A stretch of 64,000 nucleotides of DNA, from NCBI GenBank assembly GCA_965279035.1, contig OZ257142.1:992001-1056000 (forward strand), given 5' to 3'. The notes under the pieces are model-generated. The model searched no databases and was not told the origin of the DNA. It was given only the letters and a program-made list of their open reading frames with translations. This stretch comes from Bacteroidia bacterium (GTDB lineage: Bacteria; Bacteroidota; Bacteroidia; M30B66). The position numbers were made by a program, and so were the translations under genes. This document shows positions 18,387-27,700 of this stretch, piece after piece (position 1 is the first letter of the stretch; each line of letters begins with the position of its first letter).

Positions 18387-20720
18387 TCAAAATTCAAAAC
18401 GATAACTTAGTGTTGGAATAATACCAGCTTGAGTCACAACGTCAAGTTTACGAGTGTCTTCATTATAAAAACGGCTATACTCGTTCAAATGATTCGTTAC
18501 ATTTTGAATGTCGATTTTCCAGACGCGTGTTGTCTTTTTCTTATTGATCGTATAGCTTATTCCTAAATCGGTTCTCCAATAGGCTGATGCTTGTAATTGA
18601 TTGACGTTGTAATTATCATAAATGCCGTATCCTTTCTCAATAGACTCTTGCAATAAAATCGGAGTATATCTTCTTCCCCCAGCGAAAACGGCTCTTAAAT
18701 TTATACTCAATGTATTTCGTTCCCCAATTTTAAATTCTTTTCCTGCGAGTAAACTGCTTGCATAATTTCCATTAAAGGAGGTGTTTCTAAGAACCCCATC
18801 AGAGCCACGGTATTTCGAATCATACAAGGAACCAGTTGCCATAAAATAATAACGTTTCGAGAAGTACTTTTCTAAGGTCATCTCAATTCCATAATTCCTA
18901 CCTGTTCCAGTATTCTTTGCAGAAATCGTTGTAAATCCTTGTGACATATTAATCATTGATAAACCATTGGATTGTGTTTTATCAACCGGAATTGAATATA
19001 AATCTTGGTAATACGTTTCCATTTTCAGATGCAATTGTTTCGTGAGCATTGTTTCATACCCTAAAACATAATGTCTTGATTTGGAATAACCTAAGTTTCT
19101 ATTTGGTGTTATAAAGCTTCCATCAGCTTGTTGAACTTGTCCATAATAAACTGGTAAATCTTCTAAGCGACTATGAAGTCCAATACCGGCACTTAAAACC
19201 TGAGTTCCTTTAAAATTCCATTTTACACCTAAACGAGGTTCGAATGCTTGTGAGTTATTGAGTAAAAAACGAGAATAATGTATTCCTGTATTCATTGTCC
19301 ATCTTTCGTTCATTCGATATTGCCAATTCGCAAAGGCCTGAATTAGCCCCGAATTTCCTGATTTATCTAAATTGATTGTTGGTTTATTTAATTCATAATC
19401 ATACGAAATTGATTTCATAGAATAATTCAATTTACTTGCAATGAAACCTGCTTTAATGCTGTGTTTTCGATCAAATTTATGATTGAATGTAAATGAAGCT
19501 CGAGCAGCAGCATTTAAAAAATGTTCGTTGGTTTCTTCATGAATAAAATGAGCAAGTGAATCATAACGATTACTCACATAATCATTACTATTTCCAGTGA
19601 ATGCAACAACTGTTTTAATCCAAGTTTTATCGTTAAATAAATAGCTGTGTGTAATTCCAGCAACACCTAATTTCGTTTTATAATTACTTCGGTATTGAAT
19701 GTTTTTCCCTATATATTCTTCATGAATTTGGCTAATTCCACCGATGCCAAACAGAGTAAAGTTTCCTAATTTTTTAGTGGGTAGATTAACATTATATGAG
19801 AGATCTTGAAACACTGGAATCGCATCACCCACTATTTTAACTCCTAATTTTTGGAGAAGCGAAAGCGAAGAATAACGGTAATTAATCAAGTATGAACCAG
19901 CATATCCTTTCTTAAAAGGACCTTCTATTGCTGCATCAGTTCCAATCACTCCAATTTGTAAGGCGGTTTCTCGTTTTTCGTTATTGCCTTTCCGAAGTCG
20001 AATGTCAAAAACACCGGATGCTGCATTGCCGTAATCGGCAGGGAAAGCTCCGGTTAAGAAATCAGAATTCGCCATCATATTAATACTTAACATGCTGATT
20101 GCTCCACCTGCAGATCCTTGATTGGAGAAGTGGTTTGGATTGGGAATTTCAATTCCTTCCATGCGCCATAACAATCCGCGTGGTGAATTTCCGCGTACAA
20201 CTATTTCATTCGAACCATCCGAATTGCTTGTTACTCCGGCAAAAGATAAAGCCATTCGCCCCGGATCATTTAATGCACCTGCATAGCGTTTGGTTTCTTC
20301 TACCGAAAACTGACGTGCGCTAACAGAAGTCAATTCATTAATCGCTTCTGATTTATTGTTCCCAACAGCACTTATTTCAACTGCTTTTATCTCGGTTATT
20401 CGTTCAACTAATTTCACATTTAAAACTACTTCCTTCCCTGCACCAACAAGCACATTGGGAAGAATTAAATCATTGTAACCAATCAAGGAAATTTTAAGAT
20501 CAACTCTACCAATTGGAACCTGATTTAGTCGAAAATGACCATCGATATCGCTTGTTGTTCCTATTAAAGGGGATGATTTCAATACAATGACACTCGCGCC
20601 GGGTATGATACTTTCGGATGTTTGGTCGATGATTGTCCCTCGAATTGTTTGGAAAAGGTTTTGGGAAATTGCCTGAAATGATTGCATAGCAAAGCATATC
20701 AGAAGAAAATTTCTGAGCAT
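18387..20720 (-). CDS. TonB-dependent receptor with N-terminal carboxypeptidase-regulatory-like domain
   Basis: Plug motif NEIVVRGNSP...EGIEIPNPNHF; barrel region GRNYGIEMTLEKYF; ends YRFEF. Confidence 0.88.
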   Translation of the reverse strand: MLRNFLLICFAMQSFQAISQNLFQTIRGTIIDQTSESIIPGASVIVLKSSPLIGTTSDIDGHFRLNQVPIGRVDLKISLIGYNDLILPNVLVGAGKEVVLNVKLVERITEIKAVEISAVGNNKSEAINELTSVSARQFSVEETKRYAGALNDPGRMALSFAGVTSNSDGSNEIVVRGNSPRGLLWRMEGIEIPNPNHFSNQGSAGGAISMLSINMMANSDFLTGAFPADYGNAASGVFDIRLRKGNNEKRETALQIGVIGTDAAIEGPFKKGYAGSYLINYRYSSLSLLQKLGVKIVGDAIPVFQDLSYNVNLPTKKLGNFTLFGIGGISQIHEEYIGKNIQYRSNYKTKLGVAGITHSYLFNDKTWIKTVVAFTGNSNDYVSNRYDSLAHFIHEETNEHFLNAAARASFTFNHKFDRKHSIKAGFIASKLNYSMKSISYDYELNKPTINLDKSGNSGLIQAFANWQYRMNERWTMNTGIHYSRFLLNNSQAFEPRLGVKWNFKGTQVLSAGIGLHSRLEDLPVYYGQVQQADGSFITPNRNLGYSKSRHYVLGYETMLTKQLHLKMETYYQDLYSIPVDKTQSNGLSMINMSQGFTTISAKNTGTGRNYGIEMTLEKYFSKRYYFMATGSLYDSKYRGSDGVLRNTSFNGNYASSLLAGKEFKIGERNTLSINLRAVFAGGRRYTPILLQESIEKGYGIYDNYNVNQLQASAYWRTDLGISYTINKKKTTRVWKIDIQNVTNHLNEYSRFYNEDTRKLDVVTQAGIIPTLSYRFEF

Positions 20721-20748
20721 ATGAAACGGGTTGGGTTTTTCGAAAAGG

Positions 20749-22161
20749 TTAAAAACGAATGATTACTTGAGCTCCAGGCCACATTTGAACTCGGGTGTTT
20801 CCATACATTTTATCGGAAACGGTCCATGGAGCAACTGTCGATTCTTGTGATGTTAATTCACTAGAATTGGTGTTAACGACCAGCACATTAAACGTAGGCC
20901 CAGCCGAAATGGCGAAGTGGTTTTTTATCTGCCAAGTAAATCCCAAATGTGCTTTGTTGAGTAAATTCACATGGTTGGTCCATAATCCTCCATTGTTCAC
21001 ATGCATGGCCATCAGATCTAGATTCATTCTAAAACGCCCCGTGCTTATCAGGTTTGAACCAAATCCATATCCCCAGCCCCAATAGAAATTTTTTCCTGGC
21101 ATGGCGCCTAAACTAAAGAGATTATAAAAGAGATCACTACCGGTTTTCCATTGGATTGTAGCTGGAAAAGTTTCGTTTGCACCTAGTTCGAATGCTCTAA
21201 AACCTCCTTTACGAGCTATGCTTAAGAAACCGATGGGAGTTCCGCTTTCCAGTGAATCAGTATAATTGATAAATCCTACTTGAACACCATTTAAACGTTT
21301 GCAAACATTCAAAAATCCTGAAACCTGAGTGCCTGAAATATCATGCGATGCAATATTGGTAAAGCCTGCCACTTGTACTCCATTTACTTGTTGAGCAGCA
21401 TAATTCATAAATCCTGAAATTTGAACTCCTTGCACACTGTCTTCAACCGTATTTACAAAACCGGAGCTTTGAAAACCATCGAGTTTTCCTTTGTTGATAT
21501 TGGCAAATCCAGCACTCTGAAATCCATCCATCGAACCGCTGTTTACATTGGTAAATCCAGCTAATTGAACACCACTCACCGAATCACTCACTACATTACT
21601 AAAACCAGCTAGTTGAATTCCACTCACTCTTTTTTGGTTTACATTGCAGAAACCGGCTAGTTGAATTCCTTCAGTTTCTGCTCCAGTAATATTTGTAAAT
21701 CCAGCTAGCTGAATTCCATGCATTTCGTTGTGCAATACATTCGCAAATCCTGCCATTTCAATGCCGTTCACAGCTCCTCCATAACCAGCAATCATATTCA
21801 TTGAAAACTGATTTCGGCAATGAACGTTGTCCATACCATTGCTACTCACTGGTGGAAGAAAGGAAAATTGAAAAGCTACATTTTTCAATGAATCTTGGTT
21901 TTTCAACTTTGAATTTGGTTCTACAATGTGTGAACTGTCTGCTTTTTCAAGACTCTTCGATTTAAAACTAGGCTTTATTTCATGTTGGATAAATTGACTT
22001 ATGGTGTGAATAAACGTTGTGTCGTTTTTATTTGCTTTTGTATCTACTAGCTGATACACTTGATTGAGTGCTTTGTATAAAGTTGAATCGACTTGTTGTG
22101 ATAACAATCTGTTGCTAGCAAATACGATCAGTAGGGACAGGATGAATAATTTACGTGTCAT
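20749..22161 (-). CDS. Outer-membrane protein with about 11 16-aa GxQxAGFxN repeats (LA_2272-like) and probable C-terminal beta-barrel
   Basis: Signal peptide; GIQLAGFTNITGAETE-type repeats; amphipathic beta C-terminus ending in F. Confidence 0.75.
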   Translation of the reverse strand: MTRKLFILSLLIVFASNRLLSQQVDSTLYKALNQVYQLVDTKANKNDTTFIHTISQFIQHEIKPSFKSKSLEKADSSHIVEPNSKLKNQDSLKNVAFQFSFLPPVSSNGMDNVHCRNQFSMNMIAGYGGAVNGIEMAGFANVLHNEMHGIQLAGFTNITGAETEGIQLAGFCNVNQKRVSGIQLAGFSNVVSDSVSGVQLAGFTNVNSGSMDGFQSAGFANINKGKLDGFQSSGFVNTVEDSVQGVQISGFMNYAAQQVNGVQVAGFTNIASHDISGTQVSGFLNVCKRLNGVQVGFINYTDSLESGTPIGFLSIARKGGFRAFELGANETFPATIQWKTGSDLFYNLFSLGAMPGKNFYWGWGYGFGSNLISTGRFRMNLDLMAMHVNNGGLWTNHVNLLNKAHLGFTWQIKNHFAISAGPTFNVLVVNTNSSELTSQESTVAPWTVSDKMYGNTRVQMWPGAQVIIRF

Positions 22162-22183
22162 GATTTTTGTTTTTCAAAAGCAA

Positions 22184-22209
22184 GACAATTCAACCCGAAA
22201 TCACCCCTA
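22184..22209 (-). promoter_or_regulatory. Candidate ECF-sigma promoter, copy 2
   Basis: TAGGGGT-N14-TTGTC ending 22 nt before the ATG at 22161; same motif and spacing at 26217-26242. Confidence 0.65.
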
Positions 22210-22273
22210 CGTATTTTTAAAAATGATTTGGTAAATCGTTAGAATGAGTTGATTATTAATGCTATATAAAATA

Positions 22274-22300
22274 AAAAAAGCCGTCATGTAGACAGCTCTT
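22274..22300 (-). terminator. Intrinsic terminator after pirin
   Basis: Minus strand GAGCTGTC-TACAT-GACGGCTT followed by T-run. Confidence 0.7.
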
Positions 22301-22319
22301 TAAAGAATAATATCAGGAA

Positions 22320-23198
22320 TTAATCTTCTATCAAAACACCCATTTTTCCTAGTTGATAGTCGCGCATGGCTTGCAAAAGTTCTGTTTCATTCGTCATTAC
22401 AAAAGGTCCATGATTCGCCATCGGTTCATTTAAAGGTTTGCCGCTCATAAAAAGCATACGTGTGTTTTCGATGGCTTCGAAACGGATTTCGTTCCCATCT
22501 TTTTTGAAAAGTACCGCATGATGTTTTTCTGCGAGTCCAAATCCATCCACATTGATTTTTCCATCCAGCAAATAAAGGAACGCTTCATGATTTTCAGGTA
22601 GTTGAATGCTTATTTTACCACCAGGCTGAGCTTCTAATGTGGCTGAATTTACTTCTGTCGCCGTTGGAACTGGTCCTTTTAATCCCCACAATTCTCCTGT
22701 CACAATATGGGCTTTCACTTTTCCATCTTGCGAAGTGTATTTAGGAGTGTCTTCGGCAGATACTGGATGATATTCGGGTTGATCCATTTTATGAGCTGCT
22801 GGCGTATTCACCCACATTTGAATGATTTCTTGCCGACTTCCACGTTCATGGATGTCATGTGGTGGTCGTTCGCTATGAATAATCCCCATTCCTGAATTCA
22901 TCCATTGAACACCACCTTCGTAGATAATGCTGTTGTTTCCTCTACTATCACGATGGTGAACGCCACCTTTGAATATGAAAGTGACAGGTGAAAAACCACG
23001 GTGTGGATGCGGTCCAACGCCTTCATCCGCCAGGGAAACATCTTTAGGAATTTCCATATTGGCATGATGGAGTAGGAGGAAAGGATCGGGATAATCTACT
23101 TGATGAGAAGGGAAAGGTTGACGAACACGCAATTTACCCATGGGATATTCTTGAGCATAAAGCAATGCTTTTACGCTACGGAGTTTATTTTCTGACAT
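22320..23198 (-). CDS. Pirin family bicupin; start ATG 23198
   Basis: DPFLLLHH, HPHRGF, HRDSRG, QWMNSGMGIIHSE, GPFVMT. Confidence 0.92.
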   Translation of the reverse strand: MSENKLRSVKALLYAQEYPMGKLRVRQPFPSHQVDYPDPFLLLHHANMEIPKDVSLADEGVGPHPHRGFSPVTFIFKGGVHHRDSRGNNSIIYEGGVQWMNSGMGIIHSERPPHDIHERGSRQEIIQMWVNTPAAHKMDQPEYHPVSAEDTPKYTSQDGKVKAHIVTGELWGLKGPVPTATEVNSATLEAQPGGKISIQLPENHEAFLYLLDGKINVDGFGLAEKHHAVLFKKDGNEIRFEAIENTRMLFMSGKPLNEPMANHGPFVMTNETELLQAMRDYQLGKMGVLIED

Positions 23199-23275
23199 AA
23201 TTGAATTCTGTTTATTTGTTTGTACGTACATCAATTTGATGCCATGGAAAAATAACTGACAATGTGGCTTTGTTT

Positions 23276-25204
23276 TCAGAAGAAACGAATTCCAGCTTGC
23301 CAACCTATCCAACCGGAAAAGGAAGCATGGGTATTGGAATCACTGAAGATTTCATCTTTACCAATGGAAGGACGATTTTCAAAAATAGCATTCGAATCGA
23401 TGCGGTATACATTGAAAGTTGGACCAGCAAAGAAGCAAATTCGTTTTGCTGGACGATAGCCTAAATAGATTCCAGAACGACCCCATAAATCGGGAGTAAT
23501 TCCTTGTTTGAGCGATTCATTAAAGACAAAGGAACCAACCACATCCAATCCGAAGAAAAACTTTTTTCCTGGGCGAAATTCAGTTCCTGCTCCATAGCCA
23601 AATGTTACGAATGATGGATTGTTGGGGCGAAACATCCCGGCACTAATGACATTGTAAAAACGATGTGTCCCAGTTCGAAGTGTATAAAGCACCTGATTGA
23701 CATCGGATGTTGAGATTTCGAACTGATGCATTCCTTGTCGAACTATGCTGATTAATCCAACAGAAATGCCTTTGATTGTATCGCATACGTTGAATAATCC
23801 AAGTTGACTGCCACCTACTTTACCTGCAATATTGAACAAACTTGAAACTTGCGAACCTCGAATCCAACGTGCGAAATTGGCCAATCCAGCAACCTGAACA
23901 GTAAACGTTGTATCGACCGTAACATTAACACCGCCACTAAGTTGAGCTCCATGCATACTGCCCGTGCTCAGATTTAAGAAACCAGAAACTTGAGTACCAT
24001 AAAAATCTCCTGTTGCTAAATTGGTAAAGCCTGCCAATTGAGCACCTCGTCCCGTTTTGCCGCATAAATTCATAAAGCCAGCAGCTTGAACGCCCGAAAG
24101 TTCTTTCCCAGAAATATTTAAAAAACCAGCAGTTTGAACTCCTCGAACACGGTTTCGAGCCATATTGAAAAATCCAGCAGCCTGAACTCCCTTTAAAGAA
24201 TCTAAAGAAAGATTGTAAAAACCAGCCGTTTGAATACCTCGAATAGCACCGATATTATTATTCATAAATCCAGCAATCTGAATTCCATCAACTTCACCGC
24301 CAGTAATATTCATGAATCCTCCGATTTGCAATCCATGCACATGTTTTCGGGTGATGTTGAAAATTCCTCCAAGTTCAACTCCACTCAAAGCCATCGAATA
24401 ACCTCCCAAAGCATTGAACGAAACATGATTTTCGACCATGCCCGAATAATTCCGGTTACTTCCTAATGTTGGAAGAAAAGAAATCTGAAACGTACGTTGC
24501 TCGTACAAAGGATGATTTTCGGACTGAAATTGTTGCTCTTCCGAAACGACTGCTCTGAATAAGCCATTATCCGCCATTTCGATTGGAATGCTTGCCGGAA
24601 GTGGATTTAATTCTGAAAGAACTGGTAATGGATGAAGTCGAATTTCGGTGGATTTGACTTCTTCGGGGCGAAGTGTAAGTATGGTATCGCGGTAATTTTT
24701 TCTACTAATTAAAACCCGAGAAAAATCGGATTCTGAATTTAAAGGAAGCGTGTAGTTTCCTTGTTTATCGCTTAATGTTGTGTTGAATTCTCCGACTTCG
24801 GTGACCGATGCAGAAGCAATTAATTTCCCTGTTGCTGCATCACGAATTTGTCCGCTTAAAACGTAGGTCTCTTTTAATTTATTTACTCGCTCCTTGGTTT
24901 TTGGGATGATGATTACATGACTTCCTCCAGATCGAAAAATATATCCAGCGCCTAGTGTTTGTTCTAAAGCAAACCGAACCGATTGATTCTGGACTAGAAC
25001 TGAAGTAGTTTTTTTTTCATCAATACCGGAAGCATTATAGCTTAATAAAAAATTGCCTTTTCGCGAAATAGCTTGTAATGCATCGGAAGTAGAAACACGA
25101 TCGAGCTTAAGCGTTATTTTACGAGATAAAGGATCCTCCTGAGCCTGTATATACAGAGGAAAGAGTAATAAAAACGCAACAAGTAGTTTAGCAACCCGGG
25201 CCAT
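23276..25204 (-). CDS. STN + carboxypeptidase-regulatory-like + about 13 GxQxAGFxN repeats + probable small C-terminal barrel
   Basis: N-terminal ITLKLDRVSTSDAL...LSYN...VRFALEQTLG (STN-like); LSGQIRDAATG...ASV; repeats; ends GIRFF. Confidence 0.75.
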   Translation of the reverse strand: MARVAKLLVAFLLLFPLYIQAQEDPLSRKITLKLDRVSTSDALQAISRKGNFLLSYNASGIDEKKTTSVLVQNQSVRFALEQTLGAGYIFRSGGSHVIIIPKTKERVNKLKETYVLSGQIRDAATGKLIASASVTEVGEFNTTLSDKQGNYTLPLNSESDFSRVLISRKNYRDTILTLRPEEVKSTEIRLHPLPVLSELNPLPASIPIEMADNGLFRAVVSEEQQFQSENHPLYEQRTFQISFLPTLGSNRNYSGMVENHVSFNALGGYSMALSGVELGGIFNITRKHVHGLQIGGFMNITGGEVDGIQIAGFMNNNIGAIRGIQTAGFYNLSLDSLKGVQAAGFFNMARNRVRGVQTAGFLNISGKELSGVQAAGFMNLCGKTGRGAQLAGFTNLATGDFYGTQVSGFLNLSTGSMHGAQLSGGVNVTVDTTFTVQVAGLANFARWIRGSQVSSLFNIAGKVGGSQLGLFNVCDTIKGISVGLISIVRQGMHQFEISTSDVNQVLYTLRTGTHRFYNVISAGMFRPNNPSFVTFGYGAGTEFRPGKKFFFGLDVVGSFVFNESLKQGITPDLWGRSGIYLGYRPAKRICFFAGPTFNVYRIDSNAIFENRPSIGKDEIFSDSNTHASFSGWIGWQAGIRFF

Positions 25205-26207
25205 CTAAAAGATACGATTTCGGTTCTTTCACTACAGTAATATTGAATGTTTCGGAAATGATCAGCAGGATGGAAGACAAATCCTGATTCTTGAATGTTG
25301 CAGTTAGTCTGCAATTGGAAGTTTCTTCGTTTTTAAATTGAATGGTTGTACCGAATACTTTTTCTAAAACACTGCAAACAGCTTTCAAATCACTGTTTTC
25401 AAATACCAATGTTTTATCAAACCCAAAGCGGATACTTTCAAGATTTGTTGAATTGGTATGAATGGATTTTCCTTCACCCGAAAAATGTGCTTCTTGTCCG
25501 GGTAATAAAATAACCGCTAAGGAATCACTCGAAGCCTGCTCATGAACACCATCATAAACGAGCACTTTTCCACTGCTCACTTTGATAGAAACATCCTCTT
25601 TTTTATTCGAATTGATGCTGAATGATGTTCCTAAAACACGAACATGTGCATCACCCGCTTGAATCGAAAATGGATTTTTCACATCACGAACAACATCAAA
25701 AAATGCTTCTCCTTTTAAGGTTGTGTTGCGATTGTTTTTGCCAAAGTTTTCGGTGTACGAAATTTCAGAATTGGGTTTTAAAATAACTAAGGTGCTATCA
25801 GGTAGTTTGATTTCTTTTTGAGTATTTCCTGATGCAATGCGAATGACTTCTTCGTTCGAAGAAAAATAATAAAGAATGGAACCAATGCCGATGAGTAAAG
25901 CAAGTCCTGCAGCAATTCTCCAAATCAAATAATTTTTTGCTGGGTTTATTGGAACTACAGTCGCTTCGGTTTTTCCTTGCTCTTGAATTTGAATTTTGAC
26001 TTTTTGAAATGCTTTTATTGAATCAAAACGGGGAGCAGAATCGAGATTACTTGCTTCCCAAATCTTTTTATAAGCAGCTAATTCTGCTTCATTTTCATCG
26101 CTCTCGGCAGCCCAAGTTTCCATCTCACGCATTTCTGCATGACTTGCCTCACCTGCTAAATAGCGAGCAATGAGTGATTCAGGAAAGGATGATTCGGACG
26201 TATTCAT
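25188..26207 (-). CDS. FecR-family anti-sigma factor
   Basis: LIARYLAGE, single TM WRIAAGLALLIG, LPDSTLVIL, LKGEAFFDV, VRVLGTSF. Confidence 0.93.
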   Translation of the reverse strand: MNTSESSFPESLIARYLAGEASHAEMREMETWAAESDENEAELAAYKKIWEASNLDSAPRFDSIKAFQKVKIQIQEQGKTEATVVPINPAKNYLIWRIAAGLALLIGIGSILYYFSSNEEVIRIASGNTQKEIKLPDSTLVILKPNSEISYTENFGKNNRNTTLKGEAFFDVVRDVKNPFSIQAGDAHVRVLGTSFSINSNKKEDVSIKVSSGKVLVYDGVHEQASSDSLAVILLPGQEAHFSGEGKSIHTNSTNLESIRFGFDKTLVFENSDLKAVCSVLEKVFGTTIQFKNEETSNCRLTATFKNQDLSSILLIISETFNITVVKEPKSYLLDGPGC

Positions 26208-26216
26208 TTAGTATAT

Positions 26217-26242
26217 GACAAGCTTAAGTTCATTTACCCCTA
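26217..26242 (-). promoter_or_regulatory. Candidate ECF-sigma promoter, copy 1, overlapping the sigma stop codon
   Basis: TAGGGGT-N14-TTGTC directly upstream of the FecR start. Confidence 0.65.
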
Positions 26243-26833
26243 TGTTGAGAAAAGAAAATTCATCCAAAAACCGTTGGGTAGTAAAAGGATAATCCAAAAT
26301 AAATAATCAGAAAGCTCAGTTCGCATAATGCGTAAAGCTTTGCCCATTTGGTTTTCGACTGTTTTGATCGATATCTCAAGATGCTCAGCAATTTCTCTGT
26401 ACGATAATTCTTCAAAGCGACTTAATCGGAAAACCTTCTTGCATTCGGGAGGAAGTTTATCCATTGCCGTTTCAATTCGAATTTTCAATTCTTTTGCTAC
26501 GAGCAGTTCATTTCCATCGTAGTTCTTTTCAGGTGCTGTGTTGTGTGTATTTTCCTGATGTTCTTTTCGCACTTTTAAATGACGAATCACATTCAAGCAA
26601 CGGTTGTGAACCGATTTATATAGATAAGGACGAATCGCAGTTTGAATTTCTAAGCCCGATCTCTGTTCCCAAAATTTTACAAATACCTCTTGAACTATTT
26701 CTTCGGCAGCTTCTTGATCTTCTAATATAGACCAAGCATAACGAGCTAAACGCTCATAGAAAAGGTGAAACAGCTTTTCAAATGCCATTTCATCTCCCGA
26801 TCGTATTTGTTGAAGAATGAGCTGCTCTTCCAT
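26240..26833 (-). CDS. ECF RNA polymerase sigma-70 factor (Bacteroidota FecI-like)
   Basis: AEEIVQEVF, YLYKSVHNRCLN, LSYREIAEHLEISIKTVENQMGKAL; adjacent to FecR. Confidence 0.95.
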   Translation of the reverse strand: MEEQLILQQIRSGDEMAFEKLFHLFYERLARYAWSILEDQEAAEEIVQEVFVKFWEQRSGLEIQTAIRPYLYKSVHNRCLNVIRHLKVRKEHQENTHNTAPEKNYDGNELLVAKELKIRIETAMDKLPPECKKVFRLSRFEELSYREIAEHLEISIKTVENQMGKALRIMRTELSDYLFWIILLLPNGFWMNFLFST

Positions 26834-26957
26834 TTATCTGCAAATTAACTGAGGAAATTCGATTCTCCTCATTCTAAATTTTTCATTTGTCGAACTTTAA
26901 GCATATTTCAATCAAGATTGTCGGCATTGTCTATATTTGCCACCCGAATCTAATTCT

Positions 26958-27554
26958 ATGAAAAGTATCAACCTCTTAATCAATGTTGTTTTAAGTGTTG
27001 CAGTCATTGTTCTGTTTGCGCTTCATTTCTCATCTCGCAAATCAGGTCAATCGAATGGATCAGGCAGCGTGAATGCTGCTCCTGGAAGTTTGAACATTGT
27101 ATATTTTAATACGGATACTTTGATGGCTCAATATCAAATGTTTGTTGATGAACAAGCGGTGATGGAGAAGAAAACCAAGGATGCGGAGAGTAATTTAGTT
27201 GCAGAACAGAAGAAATTTGAAAAAGAGGCGAATGAATTTCAACAACGCGCTCAATATTTAACCATCACCGATAAAGAAGCAAAGCAAGAAAAGCTGTATC
27301 GCGAGCAACAACGCTTAATGCAATTGGAGCAAACGCTTTCTGCCGATCTTCAAAAAGAAGAATCCGAAGTGAACAAACGCATTTTTGATACGATCGAAGC
27401 CTATTTGGTTGAATATGCGAAAGAAAGAAATTACACCTATGTGCTTTCCTATACACGTGGTGGTGGAATCTGGTTCGCAAACAAAGACTTAGATATTACT
27501 GCTGAAATTGTAAAAGAGTTGAACGAACTCTATAAAAAGAAGAAAGCCGAATAA
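26958..27554 (+). CDS. OmpH/Skp-family chaperone with N-terminal anchor; start ATG 26958
   Basis: IVYFNTDTL, long coiled coil, DITAEIVKELN; TATATTTG at 26932-26939. Confidence 0.85.
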   Translation: MKSINLLINVVLSVAVIVLFALHFSSRKSGQSNGSGSVNAAPGSLNIVYFNTDTLMAQYQMFVDEQAVMEKKTKDAESNLVAEQKKFEKEANEFQQRAQYLTITDKEAKQEKLYREQQRLMQLEQTLSADLQKEESEVNKRIFDTIEAYLVEYAKERNYTYVLSYTRGGGIWFANKDLDITAEIVKELNELYKKKKAE

Positions 27555-27575
27555 AAACTATCCGGCTTTTTAGTA

Positions 27576-27661
27576 TGGTGCCCAGGACAAGACTCGAACT
27601 TGCACAAGCTGAGCTCACTACCCCCTCAAAGTAGCGTGTCTACCAATTTCACCACCTGGGC
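27576..27661 (-). tRNA. tRNA-Leu (anticodon GAG), CCA encoded
   Basis: GCCCAGG acceptor stem, GGTGAAATTGGTAGAC D-arm, CTACT-TTGAGGG-GGTAG anticodon arm, long variable arm, GTTCGAGTC, 3' ACCA; TATTTTTG at 27672-27679. Confidence 0.96.
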
Positions 27662-27700
27662 TTTGAGTCGGCAAAAATAGGAAAAAGATCTGTTAAGCAA

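Noticed and set aside
21300-21780. 48-bp periodic DNA repeats resembling a CRISPR array or VNTR
   Set aside because: Degenerate, in frame, and explained by the 16-aa protein repeat; no cas genes
27554-27700. tRNA-Leu as an integration site
   Set aside because: No integrase and no duplicated tRNA 3' end seen; flanking genes are housekeeping
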